Positions 50,495 through 62,041 are shown, counted from the stretch's first letter. The stretch is DNA of 64,000 bases from Spirochaetia bacterium (GCA_034520965.1 JAXHMY010000002.1:480001-544000); one strand, 5' to 3'. Numbers and translations are program-made. Notes: generated by a model from the letters alone, not told the origin.

Positions 50495-51684
50495 ACCATC
50501 TCCTTCATTGAGTACAGCAGCCCCTCCAGCAGAAGATCAGGGGCCTGGTTGTAATGCTCAAAATTAATGAGGGCAGCCTTAATTTTTCGATTCCAGCTTT
50601 CCAACACTCCATAAGAGACCGGTAGGCTGTTCTGTGAATCCGTCATATATTCTCCCAGGGTCTCACTGAGCTCTTTTAAAAACGGAATAAAATACAGCTT
50701 GAGCTGTGAATCCTGAAGAAACTCATCCAGCTTCTCCGGTTCCCACTCGGCATTCCCCCAGACATAACTAAAAAAATGCTCCGACTGGGCACGCAGCTTT
50801 TCCAGGGGTACCCCGCGCCAGGCGAGAAAGAAGGATCGCAGATCGGGATACTCAGGTGAAGAGATGCGGAAAATCTTCTGCAGCACCTGGGCGGCTAAGT
50901 CCGAAGAACGCTGCGGAAAGTAGTAGTGCCTAACCCTTGAAAGAATTGTAGGCAAAATACGCCCTTTACGAGCTGAGAGCAGTATAAAATAGGTATCCCC
51001 GGGGGGCTCCTCCAGGGTCTTCAGCAGAGCATTTCGGGAGGCATCGCCCATCTTATCGGCATTTTCCAGAATCACAACCTTGGACTGGTCGGAGCTGCTG
51101 GTATGCACCCATAGGTTTACCGCCCGAATTTGATCAATTGGAATGGTATCCCGGGGAACTACCTTTTCAAGCTCCATACAGAGTGAACTTATTTTCTTCA
51201 GAGACTTCTCAAGTTTCCTCTCCTCCGGCAGTTCTACCTCGGGATAGAAGTTCTCCAGTTCCTCTTCAAGTTTTGTTATGGAGTCTTGAATCTTCTTCAG
51301 CTTCGATTCGTTTCCCTCCCACAACATCGGGTCAAAACGTCGGGTCAGTTTTCTAACTGCCCGGATAAACAGAAACCGTGCACCTTCGCTGCGATTATGC
51401 TGTAGCGTGTCGGCGGCAGCAGCTATCTCTTCATTGAAATAGCGTGTGCCGAGCATCAAGAGGTAAGGATGATCGAGGACACGGTGTTGCCGGCAGGAGC
51501 TGCAGCTGCAGCTCCACTTTCCATTCTGTTTACAGGTAAGCACCCGTGCCAGTTCTAAAGCAGTTGAAAGTTTCCCGCTGTAGGGATCACCGTAGAACAG
51601 CAATCCCCCCGGAAGCATTCTATGTTCAACCTCTTGTGTAAGCTGAGAAACTATTCGCTGATGACCAATAATATTTTCAAACAC
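50491..51684 (-). CDS. DNA polymerase III delta'-like clamp loader subunit
   Basis: MFENIIGH, LLFYGDPYSGK, Zn cysteines, NALLKTLEEPP, LPTILSR. Confidence 0.85.
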   Translation of the reverse strand: MFENIIGHQRIVSQLTQEVEHRMLPGGLLFYGDPYSGKLSTALELARVLTCKQNGKWSCSCSSCRQHRVLDHPYLLMLGTRYFNEEIAAAADTLQHNRSEGARFLFIRAVRKLTRRFDPMLWEGNESKLKKIQDSITKLEEELENFYPEVELPEERKLEKSLKKISSLCMELEKVVPRDTIPIDQIRAVNLWVHTSSSDQSKVVILENADKMGDASRNALLKTLEEPPGDTYFILLSARKGRILPTILSRVRHYYFPQRSSDLAAQVLQKIFRISSPEYPDLRSFFLAWRGVPLEKLRAQSEHFFSYVWGNAEWEPEKLDEFLQDSQLKLYFIPFLKELSETLGEYMTDSQNSLPVSYGVLESWNRKIKAALINFEHYNQAPDLLLEGLLYSMKEMV

Positions 51685-52171
51685 TGTAATTCTGCAACCT
51701 TTCTTCTAAAAATCGAGCCCCTACCGGTATGATCTGCTGAAGAAACCGTGCCAGAAAACTCTCCTCCAGAAAGGGGCGTACTTCAACAACCGTTTGCAGC
51801 TGCAATACAAATACCAGCAGCGCCAGCACAAGAAACCCCTCAATCAGCCCCAGAAAAAAGCCCAAGGCCTGGTCGAGTTTCTCAAGTTCCACTCGCTCAA
51901 TCACGCGATGGAAGGTCGACTCTATTATTTTGATGAATGCGTAACCGACTAAAAAAATCAGCAGAAAAGAGATAATCGGAGTCCACAGATTATTACCGAT
52001 ATAAGGAGCTAACACGGGAGAGAGGGTTGCCGTAAAAACCACTGCCGCCGCCACACCGGTAATTAGTGCCAAGGCAGAGAGAAACTCCGCTACAAAACCG
52101 CGAAAAGTACAGCGTATCCCCGCGGCCAGTAGAATCAGGATACCAATTACATCGAATACGGCTAAACTCAT
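51677..52171 (-). CDS. cvpA: CvpA-family membrane protein
   Basis: RGFVAEFLS, LDQALGFFLGLIEG. Confidence 0.88.
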   Translation of the reverse strand: MSLAVFDVIGILILLAAGIRCTFRGFVAEFLSALALITGVAAAVVFTATLSPVLAPYIGNNLWTPIISFLLIFLVGYAFIKIIESTFHRVIERVELEKLDQALGFFLGLIEGFLVLALLVFVLQLQTVVEVRPFLEESFLARFLQQIIPVGARFLEERLQNYSV

Positions 52172-53304
52172 TGTGAGCCTCTCTCTGAGAGTGCATGGGA
52201 ATAAATTAACTCAGCCATCCGGCGGGCCGCATCTGCCGGGCAAAGTTCAGCGGCCGCCTGCCCCATTGCCCTGCGTTCACCTTCATTCTGCAGCAGACGA
52301 TGTATATGCTCAAGCAGGGCCTCCGAACTAAGGGAATCGCCCTCCAGCATCACCGCCGCTCCCCGCTCTGCAAACAGCCTGGCATTTCGGACCTGGTCTC
52401 CCCTTGAACTCTCCCCGCCCAGGGGAATAAGGATCGATGCTTTCCCCAAGGTCCCCAACTCCCAGAGAGTGCCGGCTCCGGCCCTGGAGATAATCACATC
52501 GGCTGCAGCCAAAATATGCGAAAACTCCCCATGAAACAGCGCCGCGGTAATATAACGCGGATCTGAAGAGGGTTCATAATCGAGCTCTCCCATCTGATGC
52601 ACTACCAGCGCCTGCTCTAAAAGTTGAGGCAGAATCGCTTTCAGCATACGGTTTACCTGGCGCGCCCCCTGGCTGCCGCCCAACACCAACACAAGAGGCT
52701 CGGCTTCAGGCAGCCCAAGCAGTTCCCTACCCCGGGCCGCATCCCCGGAAAACAGCTCTTCCCGCACCGGATTACCGGTTACTACTACCCGGCGTTGCTT
52801 CGTACTGTGACCCTCCCCGGAGGCTTTGGAAAAGTGTTCAACCCGGGTGGCCTCATAGGGAAGTAGAATTAAATCGGCAAAGCGGGCTGCAATCCGGGTT
52901 GCTAAACCGGGGTCGCGGTCCGATTCATGGGTAAGAATAGGAATGCCCAGGATACGCGCAGCTATCACCGGGGCTACCGCCACGTAGCCTCCCTTCGGAG
53001 AACAGAACTCCCGGCCTTTAGCTTTTTCAGTAGGCGGATAGAGACAATGACTCCGGCGGCAAGCTTAAAAATATCCAGAAAAATTCTGCAAAGAAAAATA
53101 GCGCCTCAGTTTTCCGGAGGGCACCGCATAGTAAGGAACATCGAAACGACGAGTGATGTCCCTCTCTATCTGTTTGCCTGAACCAATCCATACAAGCTCC
53201 AGTTCAGTTGAACCGCCGATTTTTTTCAGCTGATCGATTACTGCTATTCCGGGAAACACATGCCCGCCGGTTCCCCCGCCGGTACATGCTATTGTTACTG
53301 CCAC
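52168..53304 (-). CDS. murG: MurG glycosyltransferase, frameshifted near 52980-53070
   Basis: TGGGTGGHVFPG, GKLRRYFS, HESD..PGLA, TGNPVR, GGSQGA, SRAGA, DQVRNA. Confidence 0.92.
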
Positions 53305-53408
53305 AGTCGCTTACCCTCTATTGTTTTGACATCAGCATACCACATGCAATGGGGCTGTTCAATCTTAGCTTTGAAAAGCTGCCCCCATTGCTGTTATTCC
53401 CCCTATCC

Positions 53409-53437
53409 TTGACACAGGCAGCTTTGCTTAGTATTTT
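53409..53437 (+). promoter_or_regulatory. sigma70 promoter of the thi operon
   Basis: TTGACA-17 nt-TATTTT just before the riboswitch. Confidence 0.65.
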
Positions 53438-53443
53438 ATAGGT

Positions 53444-53535
53444 GCTGTTGTGGGGTGGTTCGTAAAAAGTGCGAGCCTGAGAACATACCCGTCGAACCTG
53501 AATCTGGATAATACCAGCGCAGGGATCAGGACAGA
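53444..53535 (+). promoter_or_regulatory. TPP riboswitch
   Basis: ggggtg...ctgagaa.ataccc.tcgaacctga.tctggataataccagcg.aggga core upstream of a thiamine ABC transporter. Confidence 0.93.
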
Positions 53536-53605
53536 CCAGGCTGTTCCCCCTCAAACAGAAAAAACATTTTTTCGTTACTATTTTTCTCGTTAGAAGGAGC
53601 ATGCC

Positions 53606-54661
53606 ATGAAAAAAATTCTTATCGGTGCAATAGTAATTGTTGCACTCGCAACTGCAGCGGCCATTCTCTTCACTCCTGGTACAAGTGAAGCAGAGAGCCA
53701 GGACGAAGGCCGGACAACTGAAGCGGAAGAGCTGCTTGTGTACGCCTACGATTCATTTGCCTCAGACTGGGGGCCGGGCCCCGAAATAAGCGACCGCTTC
53801 GAACAAAAACATGGAATCCCGGTGCGCCTGCAATCGGTTGGTGATGCCGGACAGGTGTTGCAGAAGGCCATCCTGGAGAAGGATGACCCACAGGCGGATA
53901 TTTTAATCGGGATTGACAACAACCTCATCACCCGGGCCAAAAGCGAGGATGTGCTGGAAGCCTACACCTCGCCCAATCTGGAAAAGGTACCTCAAGACCT
54001 GGTATTTGATCCACAGCATTACGTAACCCCCTATGATTACGGCTATTTTTCCATCATCTACGATACGGAGAAAATTGATAATCCTCCCACGAGTCTGGAA
54101 GACCTCACGGACCCACGTTTTGAGGATAAACTCATTTTGATGGATCCCCGAACCTCCAGTCCCGGACTGGGTTTCCTGATGTGGACCATTTATGCCTATG
54201 GCGATGAGTTTACCGAGTATTGGGAGCAACTTCAGAGTTCAATCCTTACCATTTCCGAGGGCTGGGATTCCGGATACGGCCTGTTTACCAGCGGCGAAGC
54301 TCCGCTCGTGCTAAGTTATACCTCCAGCCCCGCTTACCATGTTGAGTATGAAGACTCTCAGCGTTATCAGGCCGCACTGTTCGAAGAGGGACATTACATG
54401 CAGATTGAAGGTGTGGGCGTGGTAAAAGGCGCTCCCCATCCTGAAGCTGCTAAAAAGTTCATCGATTTCGTGCTTACCCAAGAATTCCAAGAAGTAATTC
54501 CACTTACCAACTGGATGTACCCGGTACTGCCGGAGATTGAGCTGCCCGAATCGTACGATTTTGCCCCGCAACCGGTAAATCGGTTCTATTTTGAAGCCGA
54601 GCAGATCGATGCCAACCGTGACCAGTGGATCGATAGCTGGTCACGGGCAGTAACCCGCTGA
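53606..54661 (+). CDS. thiB: thiamine ABC transporter substrate-binding protein
   Basis: VYAYDSFASDWGPGP, GIDNN, PYDYGYF, DPRTSSPGLGFL, LSYTSSPAYH, IPLTNWMYP. Confidence 0.93.
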   Translation: MKKILIGAIVIVALATAAAILFTPGTSEAESQDEGRTTEAEELLVYAYDSFASDWGPGPEISDRFEQKHGIPVRLQSVGDAGQVLQKAILEKDDPQADILIGIDNNLITRAKSEDVLEAYTSPNLEKVPQDLVFDPQHYVTPYDYGYFSIIYDTEKIDNPPTSLEDLTDPRFEDKLILMDPRTSSPGLGFLMWTIYAYGDEFTEYWEQLQSSILTISEGWDSGYGLFTSGEAPLVLSYTSSPAYHVEYEDSQRYQAALFEEGHYMQIEGVGVVKGAPHPEAAKKFIDFVLTQEFQEVIPLTNWMYPVLPEIELPESYDFAPQPVNRFYFEAEQIDANRDQWIDSWSRAVTR

Positions 54662-56347
54662 TGCACCTGCCGTCAGCCCGTTCGTGGGAAAGGCCGCATC
54701 CGGCCTTTCTCACTCTGCTTCTGTTTTTAGCCTTATTCTTCTATCTGCCGATTGGAAGTGTCCTGTTAAAAGGGTTTTTCCCTAAGGGCAGTTTCGACCC
54801 CTCGGTATTTATAGATACAGTCACTTCCCCCTACACCCTGCGTATTCTATGGTTTACCTTCTTCCAGGCAATTCTGAGTACCATATTTTCACTTATGCTG
54901 GGATTACCCGGTGCATATTTACTGTCTATGTATACCTTTCCCGGCCGCAGATTGGTGAGGGCCGCCTCGGGTGTCCCCTTTGTGCTTCCTCCGATTTTAG
55001 TGGTACTGGGATTTGTGATTTTCTTCGGGAACAGCGGGCTGCTCAATTCTGTACTGATGCGGGTATTTGACCTTTCCGAGCCCCCCCTCCGGGTGCTCTA
55101 CAGCTTAAAGGCGATTATTCTTGCCCACGGATTTTATAACTTTCCAATTGCATTGCGGCTAATTGCATCCCTCTGGCAGCAGCTTCCACCCTCCCAGGAG
55201 TGGGCCGCCCAAACCTTGGGAGCCCCCCGACGCCGTTTGTTTTTCACTATTATTTTGCCGCAGCTGATGCCGGCCATCCTCGCCGCTTCGGCACTTATTT
55301 TTATGTTCTGCTTTACCAGTTTTGCTATTATACTTGTACTTGGCGGGGGACCGCAATTCACCACTGTTGAGGTAGAAATCTACCGACTGGCTAAAACCTC
55401 ATTCGACATACCCGCCGCCGGTGCCCTATCGATTATAGCCCTGGTGCTTACCCTCGGTATTATGGGGATATATGTGAAGCTGCAGAATAAAATGGCCTTT
55501 CACCAGGAACTCGCCTCCGGTCCGGTGCGGCCCCGCAGTTATAATCGCCCATCCAAAACCGGTTTTATTGGTATTGCAGCCTATATTGCCGCGATGCTGC
55601 TGATAGTCGCCGGACCGCTGATAGCAGTAGTGGTCCGGTCATTGCAAAAACCGGTAACCCGGGCCGGTGAACTGCGCTTTACCCTGGAATGGTATCAGCA
55701 GCTGTTTAGCTCCGGGGCAGGTCAGTTTGGCCGGATTGCCCTGCCGGCTATCCGTAACAGTGTCCTCATCGGAATTATAGCTGCAGCGGCGGCAGTTGTA
55801 GTGGGGACAGCTTTGAGCTATCTAACTGTTCGGTACCGGCTCAAGCTCGGCAGGTTAATCGATACGCTTTCGATGGCCCCATTGGCTATTTCTTCCGTCA
55901 TTTTAGGACTCGGCTATTTTCTCATTTCCCGAAGCATCCCCGATTTAGGACGTGCCAGAATCTTCATGATTGTTGCCGCCCATGCCGTAATTGCCTATCC
56001 CTTTGTAGCCCGAACCGTAAGCTCAGTACTAAAGAAAATCCCCCCCAGCCAGTTGCAGGCTGCAATGCTGTTGGGTGCCTCGCCGGGAAAGGTGTTTCGC
56101 ACAATTGAGCTTCCCATAATGCTGCCGGCCCTTGCAGCGGCGGCAGCATTTGCCTTTGCAATATCATTACGGAGAGATAAACGCTACCTTGGTGTTTTCA
56201 TCCTCAACAGTGACAATACCATTAGCTATTTATCGCATGATCGGCTCGTATAATTTTTTTGGCGCCTGTGCTTTAGGCACTATTCTCGTGGCGGTATGCG
56301 CCCTTGCATTTACCCTGTTCGATGTCTCGGGTAATACGGAAATTTAA
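54661..56347 (+). CDS. thiP: thiamine ABC transporter permease, frameshift near 56170
   Basis: FTFFQAILST, PFVLPPILVVLGF, AHGFYNFP, CFTSFAIILVLGGG, duplicated permease domain. Confidence 0.9.
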
Positions 56348-56376
56348 AAAAAGAGAATTATTAAGGAGTAGCTTTG

Positions 56377-57388
56377 ATGGAACTGACAACCCGGAATCTG
56401 AAGCGCAGTTTTGCCGATTTTACCTTTGATGCCGATATTCATGCGGCAGAGGGCGAGCTGGTGTGCCTGTTCAGGCCCCTCCGGCTGCGGTAAAACCACC
56501 GGACTACAGCTAATTGCCGGCATTATGGCACCTGACCATGGCAGCATATATTTAGGACAGCGGGAGATCACCACTCTTCCACCATGGAAGCGAAACATCG
56601 GACTGGTGTTTCAAGACTACGCCCTTTTTCCACATATGACCGTGTATGAGAATATTGCCTATGGGCTAAGACAGCAGGGTGCCTCCAAGCACTCCATCAC
56701 TTCGCGGGTTGAAGAGCTGTTGGATCTGGTGGAATTACCCGGTTATGCCCAACGCCGCCCAGAACAGCTTTCAGGCGGGGAGAAACAGCGGGTTGCCCTG
56801 GCGCGGGCAGTGGCGCCGTCTCCGGCCCTGCTGCTGCTGGATGAACCCTTATCGGCCCTTGATGCGCGGCTGCGCACCCAGCTGCGCCGTGAGATCAGAA
56901 ATATTCAAAAAAGAATCGGTTTGACCACCATTTATGTAACCCACGATCAGGAAGAGGCCCTCAGTCTAAGCGACCGGATTATTGTAATGCAGAACGGTAC
57001 TATCCAGCAAAGCGGAACTCCACAGGAGCTGTACAACAGCCCGCTAAATGAGTTTGTTGCCCGCTTTATCGGAAACTCCAATTTGGTACCCTGCGACGAA
57101 CAAGGGGGTAGCGGCCGGGAGTACTACTTTTTCCGCCCCGAGGACACCGGTATACGTAATTGTTCGACAGAGAGTTCCGATACACTCTCTTTTCCGCTTA
57201 GCCTTAATTCCCTGGAATACGTAGGCCCTTATTACATACTAGAAGGGGTAAAACGGGAGTACAGTGTACGCGCCCATGCCAATGAGGAGGACCTCAATGC
57301 ACTGAATATATCGGACTTCTCTCCTGAGAACCCGCCGCAGCTGTGGTTCTGCATTGAGCGGAGTAAGACAAAGGTAATCCCGAAATGA
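56377..57388 (+). CDS. thiQ: thiamine ABC transporter ATP-binding protein, frameshift near 56470
   Basis: GPSGCGKT, VFQDYALFPHM, LSGGEKQRVALARA, LLLDEP; ATG 56377 follows AAGGAG. Confidence 0.85.
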
Positions 57389-57391
57389 AGC

Positions 57392-59002
57392 TTAAAGGTA
57401 ATTTATTAACACCACTTGTACCGCGCCTATAAAAAATCCGAGCAGCGCTCCAAACAGTATTATCCATCGCAGATGTGTTTTTATTACAATTAAAATAAGC
57501 CCTTCTACTTTCTCTATATCCAGGCTGTTTACCTTATCGACAACCAAAGTCTGGACGTCCACGCTCTCTAAAATAGAGGGAGCCTGTTCATCGAGGAGCT
57601 GCAGGATAAAACTCTCTAAAGCTGTATCGATGCGCTGTTTGTGCACCTCCTCAAGCTGGAGAATTTCACTAAAACTCTTGCGTCCTGTATTAGAGAGAGT
57701 GTTAAACATGGTCCGAAAAAAGTCCATGGTTGAGGCATCTTTTCTTTCCACCTCACGTACGAGCTTGGCAATCCAATCTGCAATGCGGCCGCTAAGGTCT
57801 GAAGTGGAATGGCCGGTAAACTCCTCCAGTACCGCCCCAATTTCTTGCTCGCCGTACTTCTGTACCAGCCGCTGCACCAGCCCCTGCATCCATTGAACCG
57901 TAGTTGGAGAAGAGCTTATTTTAAACAGAGCATCTACGGCAAGACGTATATCATTCGGCAGACTCTCGCCCCACACGCCTGCAATATCCGCCAGGGTATG
58001 AGTGCGCATGCGCTGCAGCCAACTCTCCAGGGCATCCAAGAGTTTCCCGCGAGTCTCCTCATCTGCTATTGCCGTTTCCAACTGTTCCAACAAATCATCA
58101 ACTATCTCATCCATCTGCTGCTCTATATTGCGATTGTACTGCCCGGCTGCCAAAAAGAGTCGCTGCAGACTGCTGAGACGGGAAATCATCTTTCTAAGTA
58201 TAGTTTTGCCCTTCAGCTCTATGGTCTTGTGGATGTGAGGAGTACGAAGAAAATACAGAACCTCCCGGGCAAAAGAAGGATACACACGGTTAAGGGCTTT
58301 CACAATTCCCTCAATAGCTTGAGGAGTGAGAAAACGCTCTAGTGAGGCATTCCGCCGGATTCCATCTTCCACCAGCTCTCCGGCTAACTGCCGCAGGGGC
58401 TCGCGCACACTGCTGATACGCAAGTTTTGGCTAAAAAACATGCTAATCCTCTCGCCGTCGCTTCCGCAAAGTATACGCAGCTTCAGATGAAAAAACTTAT
58501 CCAATGCCAAGGCAATCGATTTTTGAAGGGCAATAATGAAACTCTCGGAGCGAAAGAATGCGGTAAGGATCGATTGAATTAGAAGTGTATCCGCAGGCTT
58601 ATCCCGGTCCGACTCTCGGTACTCTTCTACTTCCTTTGGCCGGCCTTTTCGAAACTTTTGCTGTAATTGGATAAAGGGTGTATGCATCACGAATCCGGTA
58701 AATTCACTCACCCTTATCCTGAGAGTATCTTTAAAAGTGGGTGATGATATCTGCCGTCGAATTGCATCCTCGGTAATCAGCTCTCGGGACACCATCAGCC
58801 CTATACTTTCGGCTAATTTCTCGCGCTGACGGGGTATAATTCCGGGAGTAAAGGGAAGCTTTATAGGCCCGATATATTTGGCCCGCAAAGGCCGAAACAG
58901 CATTTTAATGGCGATATCATTGGTGATATAGCCGATCATCGCACCGACCACCGGAGGTAATATCCAGGCAGAGTAGCTCAGTATGATTTCCAGGTTGATC
59001 AT
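57392..59002 (-). CDS. DUF445 family membrane protein
   Basis: GAMIGYITNDIAIKMLFRP, PFTPGIIP, C-terminal LRWIILFGALLGFFIG. Confidence 0.88.
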   Translation of the reverse strand: MINLEIILSYSAWILPPVVGAMIGYITNDIAIKMLFRPLRAKYIGPIKLPFTPGIIPRQREKLAESIGLMVSRELITEDAIRRQISSPTFKDTLRIRVSEFTGFVMHTPFIQLQQKFRKGRPKEVEEYRESDRDKPADTLLIQSILTAFFRSESFIIALQKSIALALDKFFHLKLRILCGSDGERISMFFSQNLRISSVREPLRQLAGELVEDGIRRNASLERFLTPQAIEGIVKALNRVYPSFAREVLYFLRTPHIHKTIELKGKTILRKMISRLSSLQRLFLAAGQYNRNIEQQMDEIVDDLLEQLETAIADEETRGKLLDALESWLQRMRTHTLADIAGVWGESLPNDIRLAVDALFKISSSPTTVQWMQGLVQRLVQKYGEQEIGAVLEEFTGHSTSDLSGRIADWIAKLVREVERKDASTMDFFRTMFNTLSNTGRKSFSEILQLEEVHKQRIDTALESFILQLLDEQAPSILESVDVQTLVVDKVNSLDIEKVEGLILIVIKTHLRWIILFGALLGFFIGAVQVVLINYL

Positions 59003-59020
59003 TTACAGCTCCACCAAAAA

Positions 59021-59443
59021 TTAATCTTCGGGGGCATTCTGGGAGGCTCGACGAGCCCCGTTTTCAGAGTCGAACATTTCCAAATAGGCTCCAAAGACCC
59101 AGCCCTGCAGACCGTCATAGGCAACTTTATACCAATAACCAAGCTTCCCTTCCACCTCTTGTTGTACTTCATCCCGCGATATTATCTCTATCACGTTATT
59201 CCGCCATAAGGTGGTAATAGCACTACTTTGGATTGTGGGCCTCTCACGCAGGCGAAGATGGCTTGATGCCACGACCGCCCATTTTGAGCGTACAGTCAAT
59301 ACCGGGGTGGAGGGTAGTTCAATCGTAAACTCTTTTACTGTTTCCCGGCGGCACCCTGTGGTCCCGGCAAGTACAGTTAACAATGTTATTAAGCACATAA
59401 TAAAGTAAAATATTTTTTTCATCTCTGTTGCAAAACACCTCAA
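59021..59443 (-). CDS. SH3-domain putative lipoprotein
   Basis: Hydrophobic signal ending TTGC; LRLRERP, WYKV, GWVFGAYL. Confidence 0.82.
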   Translation of the reverse strand: MRCFATEMKKIFYFIMCLITLLTVLAGTTGCRRETVKEFTIELPSTPVLTVRSKWAVVASSHLRLRERPTIQSSAITTLWRNNVIEIISRDEVQQEVEGKLGYWYKVAYDGLQGWVFGAYLEMFDSENGARRASQNAPED

Positions 59444-59462
59444 AACAGTTCAGCATTGTCGT

Positions 59463-60041
59463 ATGGGCACTGCAAAAACTATAACACTTTTTATCCTGTT
59501 TGTCACAACCCTCAGTTTGTTTCCCCTTGCTGCAGATGCGTTTTCTTTTTCCTTCGGAATTGCCCCCCAGGTCGCTGTGAAAAAAACAACCGATGTCACT
59601 ACCAAAGCACAAGCCGGCATAAGCACCGGCACAAGCCTTTCAGTCGGCGTGTACGGGAACTATTTTTTTGAGCTGCGGGGCCGTTACCTTTATTATCGAG
59701 CTTCCAGCCCCGGGGAAGATTGGATTCTCTACCGCGCCTTTTCTGCATTGGGGGCATCGATTGGAGGAGGTGTTATTCTCCCCGACTACAAAATTTTCAG
59801 TGAGTTTTCCGTTACTCCATCAGTAACTCTTCGCGGGTACGGTAATTTTGCATCTTACAGTTATACGGAAATTTACTTTTTTTATCCTTCCCTGCAGATA
59901 GAACCGGGCTTTACCTTTGCCCGTTATTACAACGACCAACTGCAGCTTAAACTCAGTATTCCGGTTGAATGGAGTTTTCAGCGCGACCTGGATCTGTTTG
60001 TTTCAGGGGGCATTTCGTTCACTACTTCACTTTATTTTTAA
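59463..60041 (+). CDS. hypothetical exported protein, possible small beta-barrel
   Basis: Signal peptide, alternating aromatic strands, C-terminal YF. Confidence 0.55.
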   Translation: MGTAKTITLFILFVTTLSLFPLAADAFSFSFGIAPQVAVKKTTDVTTKAQAGISTGTSLSVGVYGNYFFELRGRYLYYRASSPGEDWILYRAFSALGASIGGGVILPDYKIFSEFSVTPSVTLRGYGNFASYSYTEIYFFYPSLQIEPGFTFARYYNDQLQLKLSIPVEWSFQRDLDLFVSGGISFTTSLYF

Positions 60042-60066
60042 CACTCTATTATGTAGTATGTGAGTA

Positions 60067-60927
60067 ATGGTAGCACTTATATCCTTTTTTGTCATTTTAC
60101 TAGTCTCGCTTGCGATTGTGCGGGTTGCTGAAGTTATGCTTGAGCTAACCGGTATCTCCAAGGACAGCGCCCGGTTTCAAGCCCGCTCCGCCTTTACCGG
60201 AACCGGATTTACCACCCACGAAGCAGAGATGCTCATAAATCATCCGGTACGGCGGTGGATTGTATCCAGCCTGATGATTGTTGGAAATATCGGCTTTGTA
60301 ACTTTTGTCTCTTCCCTGGTCATCTCTTTTGTGAGCATCAGAAACCAGGAACGGGCGTTATATACCTTCGTAATTTTAATCGGAGGTCTGCTGCTGATTT
60401 ACTTGATCAGCAGGTCCCGTTTAGTGAACCGCTTACTTGAAAAGATAATTGAACATTTTCTAAAGAAGGTCACAAAAATTCATACCCACGATTATGAAAG
60501 CTTACTCAACCTTGTCGGAGACTTTGAGGTCATCACCATAAAAATCAAACCGGAAAGCTGGTTAGCCGATCAATACCTTTCGGAACTAAAATTATCCGAA
60601 GAAGGGGTGCTGGTGCTTGGAGTCCGTCGAAGTGACGGCTATTTTATTGGTTCACCCAGAGGAGAGACCACTGTATATATGGAGGACGAGCTGATTATGT
60701 ACGGACGCGAGGATGCCCTAAAAAATCTAAGCGAACGACGACACGGACCTGAGGGGGACTTGCAGCATAAACTGAGCATAGAACAACAATTGCGTCTCGA
60801 GGGAAAACGCCCCAAGCATCCCCGGAAAAAGACTGTCAAAGGATCTGCTAGGCCTGGAACTGCGGCCGAAATTCCCCAAAAAGTAGCCGGCAGGCTTGGC
60901 AAAATTTTTAAGAAAAAGGGACACTAG
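60067..60927 (+). CDS. membrane protein with TrkA-C (RCK-C) domain
   Basis: LTGISKDSARFQARSAFTGTGFTT.EAE, HPVRR, EGVLVLGVRR. Confidence 0.85.
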   Translation: MVALISFFVILLVSLAIVRVAEVMLELTGISKDSARFQARSAFTGTGFTTHEAEMLINHPVRRWIVSSLMIVGNIGFVTFVSSLVISFVSIRNQERALYTFVILIGGLLLIYLISRSRLVNRLLEKIIEHFLKKVTKIHTHDYESLLNLVGDFEVITIKIKPESWLADQYLSELKLSEEGVLVLGVRRSDGYFIGSPRGETTVYMEDELIMYGREDALKNLSERRHGPEGDLQHKLSIEQQLRLEGKRPKHPRKKTVKGSARPGTAAEIPQKVAGRLGKIFKKKGH

Positions 60928-61009
60928 CTTTAAAAACAAATTTTCAAGACAGCCGGAAGAGGCCTGAGCCGGCTTCATTCATTTACAGGCATGAACAATT
61001 GTTTTTTAC

Positions 61010-62041
61010 ATGCTGCTGCGGTATATTAACACTATGCTAATCAAATTCCCTCTGCCTAAGACCTTTATGCTGCGACGCCTCACATATTCCGCTCTGCTAC
61101 TAAGCACCGTTATACTTATCCTTGCCGCCACAGCCTGCAAGCTAAACCCCACCCCCCCAGACCGCTACGCGCTGGTGTATGGGGTAGGAACATACGAACA
61201 GGTGGGTTTTGGTAATTTGGGATCAACAATCGATGATGCAGAGAGTGTTGCCCAAGTCTTAGAAAACAAAGGGTATACCGTACATCTAAGGTTGGATGAT
61301 GGAGCAGACAGCGACAATAAAGCAGCAACAATTGAACAGTTTAAATTGGATATACAAAACATTGCTTCGGGGCTCGGCAAAAACGACGTTCTTATTATCT
61401 ATTTCTCCGGTCATGGAGGCCAGGGGGGTAATTACTTGCCTTATTCCGGTGATGAGGATCAATTCTCCGAACCCGAAGATGAGTTCATCGTGTTTTATCC
61501 TACTAGCGGTGATGCATATTCAGATTATATTTTTTCTGATACCGACTTTTACTCAGAGCTAAAAAAACTACCTGCAAAGAAGAAAGTAGTATTGTTGGAC
61601 TCGTGTAATTCCGGGGGATTTATAGGACAGGAGTACAGTTTTGACAGACTGTCGCCAGAATATGTAGATACCGATGAGTACCGAGATAATATAATCAGCT
61701 CCACTCTCAACGCCTTTTTCAATCCGAAAACCGGAGATATTCCACCTACAGACGCAATTGTCATTACAGCCGCCGGAGAAACTGAAGTATCCTGGGAAGC
61801 CTTTGGACATGGTTTTCTCACACACGGTTTTTTAAATGCTGTAAAATATGGTGATTATGATAACAATGATTACATAGACACTGGAGAACTCTACCGATAT
61901 ACCAAGTACTTTATAGAAAAACAGTGGAATAATCTTTGGTCTGATCCAGAAATTTATTCAGAAGATTTCAGATATGAACGCCAATTCATGCCCCACATCT
62001 CTGGGGGGCCGGTGGATTACATTCTTTTTAAGGCCGATTAA
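61010..62041 (+). CDS. caspase-family (peptidase C14) putative lipoprotein
   Basis: RYALVYGV, IYFSGHG (His), LLDSCNSG (Cys), HGFLT; lipobox-like ILAATAC; true start may be a downstream Met. Confidence 0.85.
   Translation: MLLRYINTMLIKFPLPKTFMLRRLTYSALLLSTVILILAATACKLNPTPPDRYALVYGVGTYEQVGFGNLGSTIDDAESVAQVLENKGYTVHLRLDDGADSDNKAATIEQFKLDIQNIASGLGKNDVLIIYFSGHGGQGGNYLPYSGDEDQFSEPEDEFIVFYPTSGDAYSDYIFSDTDFYSELKKLPAKKKVVLLDSCNSGGFIGQEYSFDRLSPEYVDTDEYRDNIISSTLNAFFNPKTGDIPPTDAIVITAAGETEVSWEAFGHGFLTHGFLNAVKYGDYDNNDYIDTGELYRYTKYFIEKQWNNLWSDPEIYSEDFRYERQFMPHISGGPVDYILFKAD

Noticed and set aside
53318..53602. 94-aa minus-strand ORF upstream of murG
   Set aside because: Overlaps the TPP riboswitch and its promoter; almost certainly non-coding.
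52168..56470. Frameshifts in murG, thiP and thiQ as programmed frameshifting or phase variation
   Set aside because: No consistent slippery site or repeat tract, and indels are widespread in this sequence; read error is the simpler explanation.
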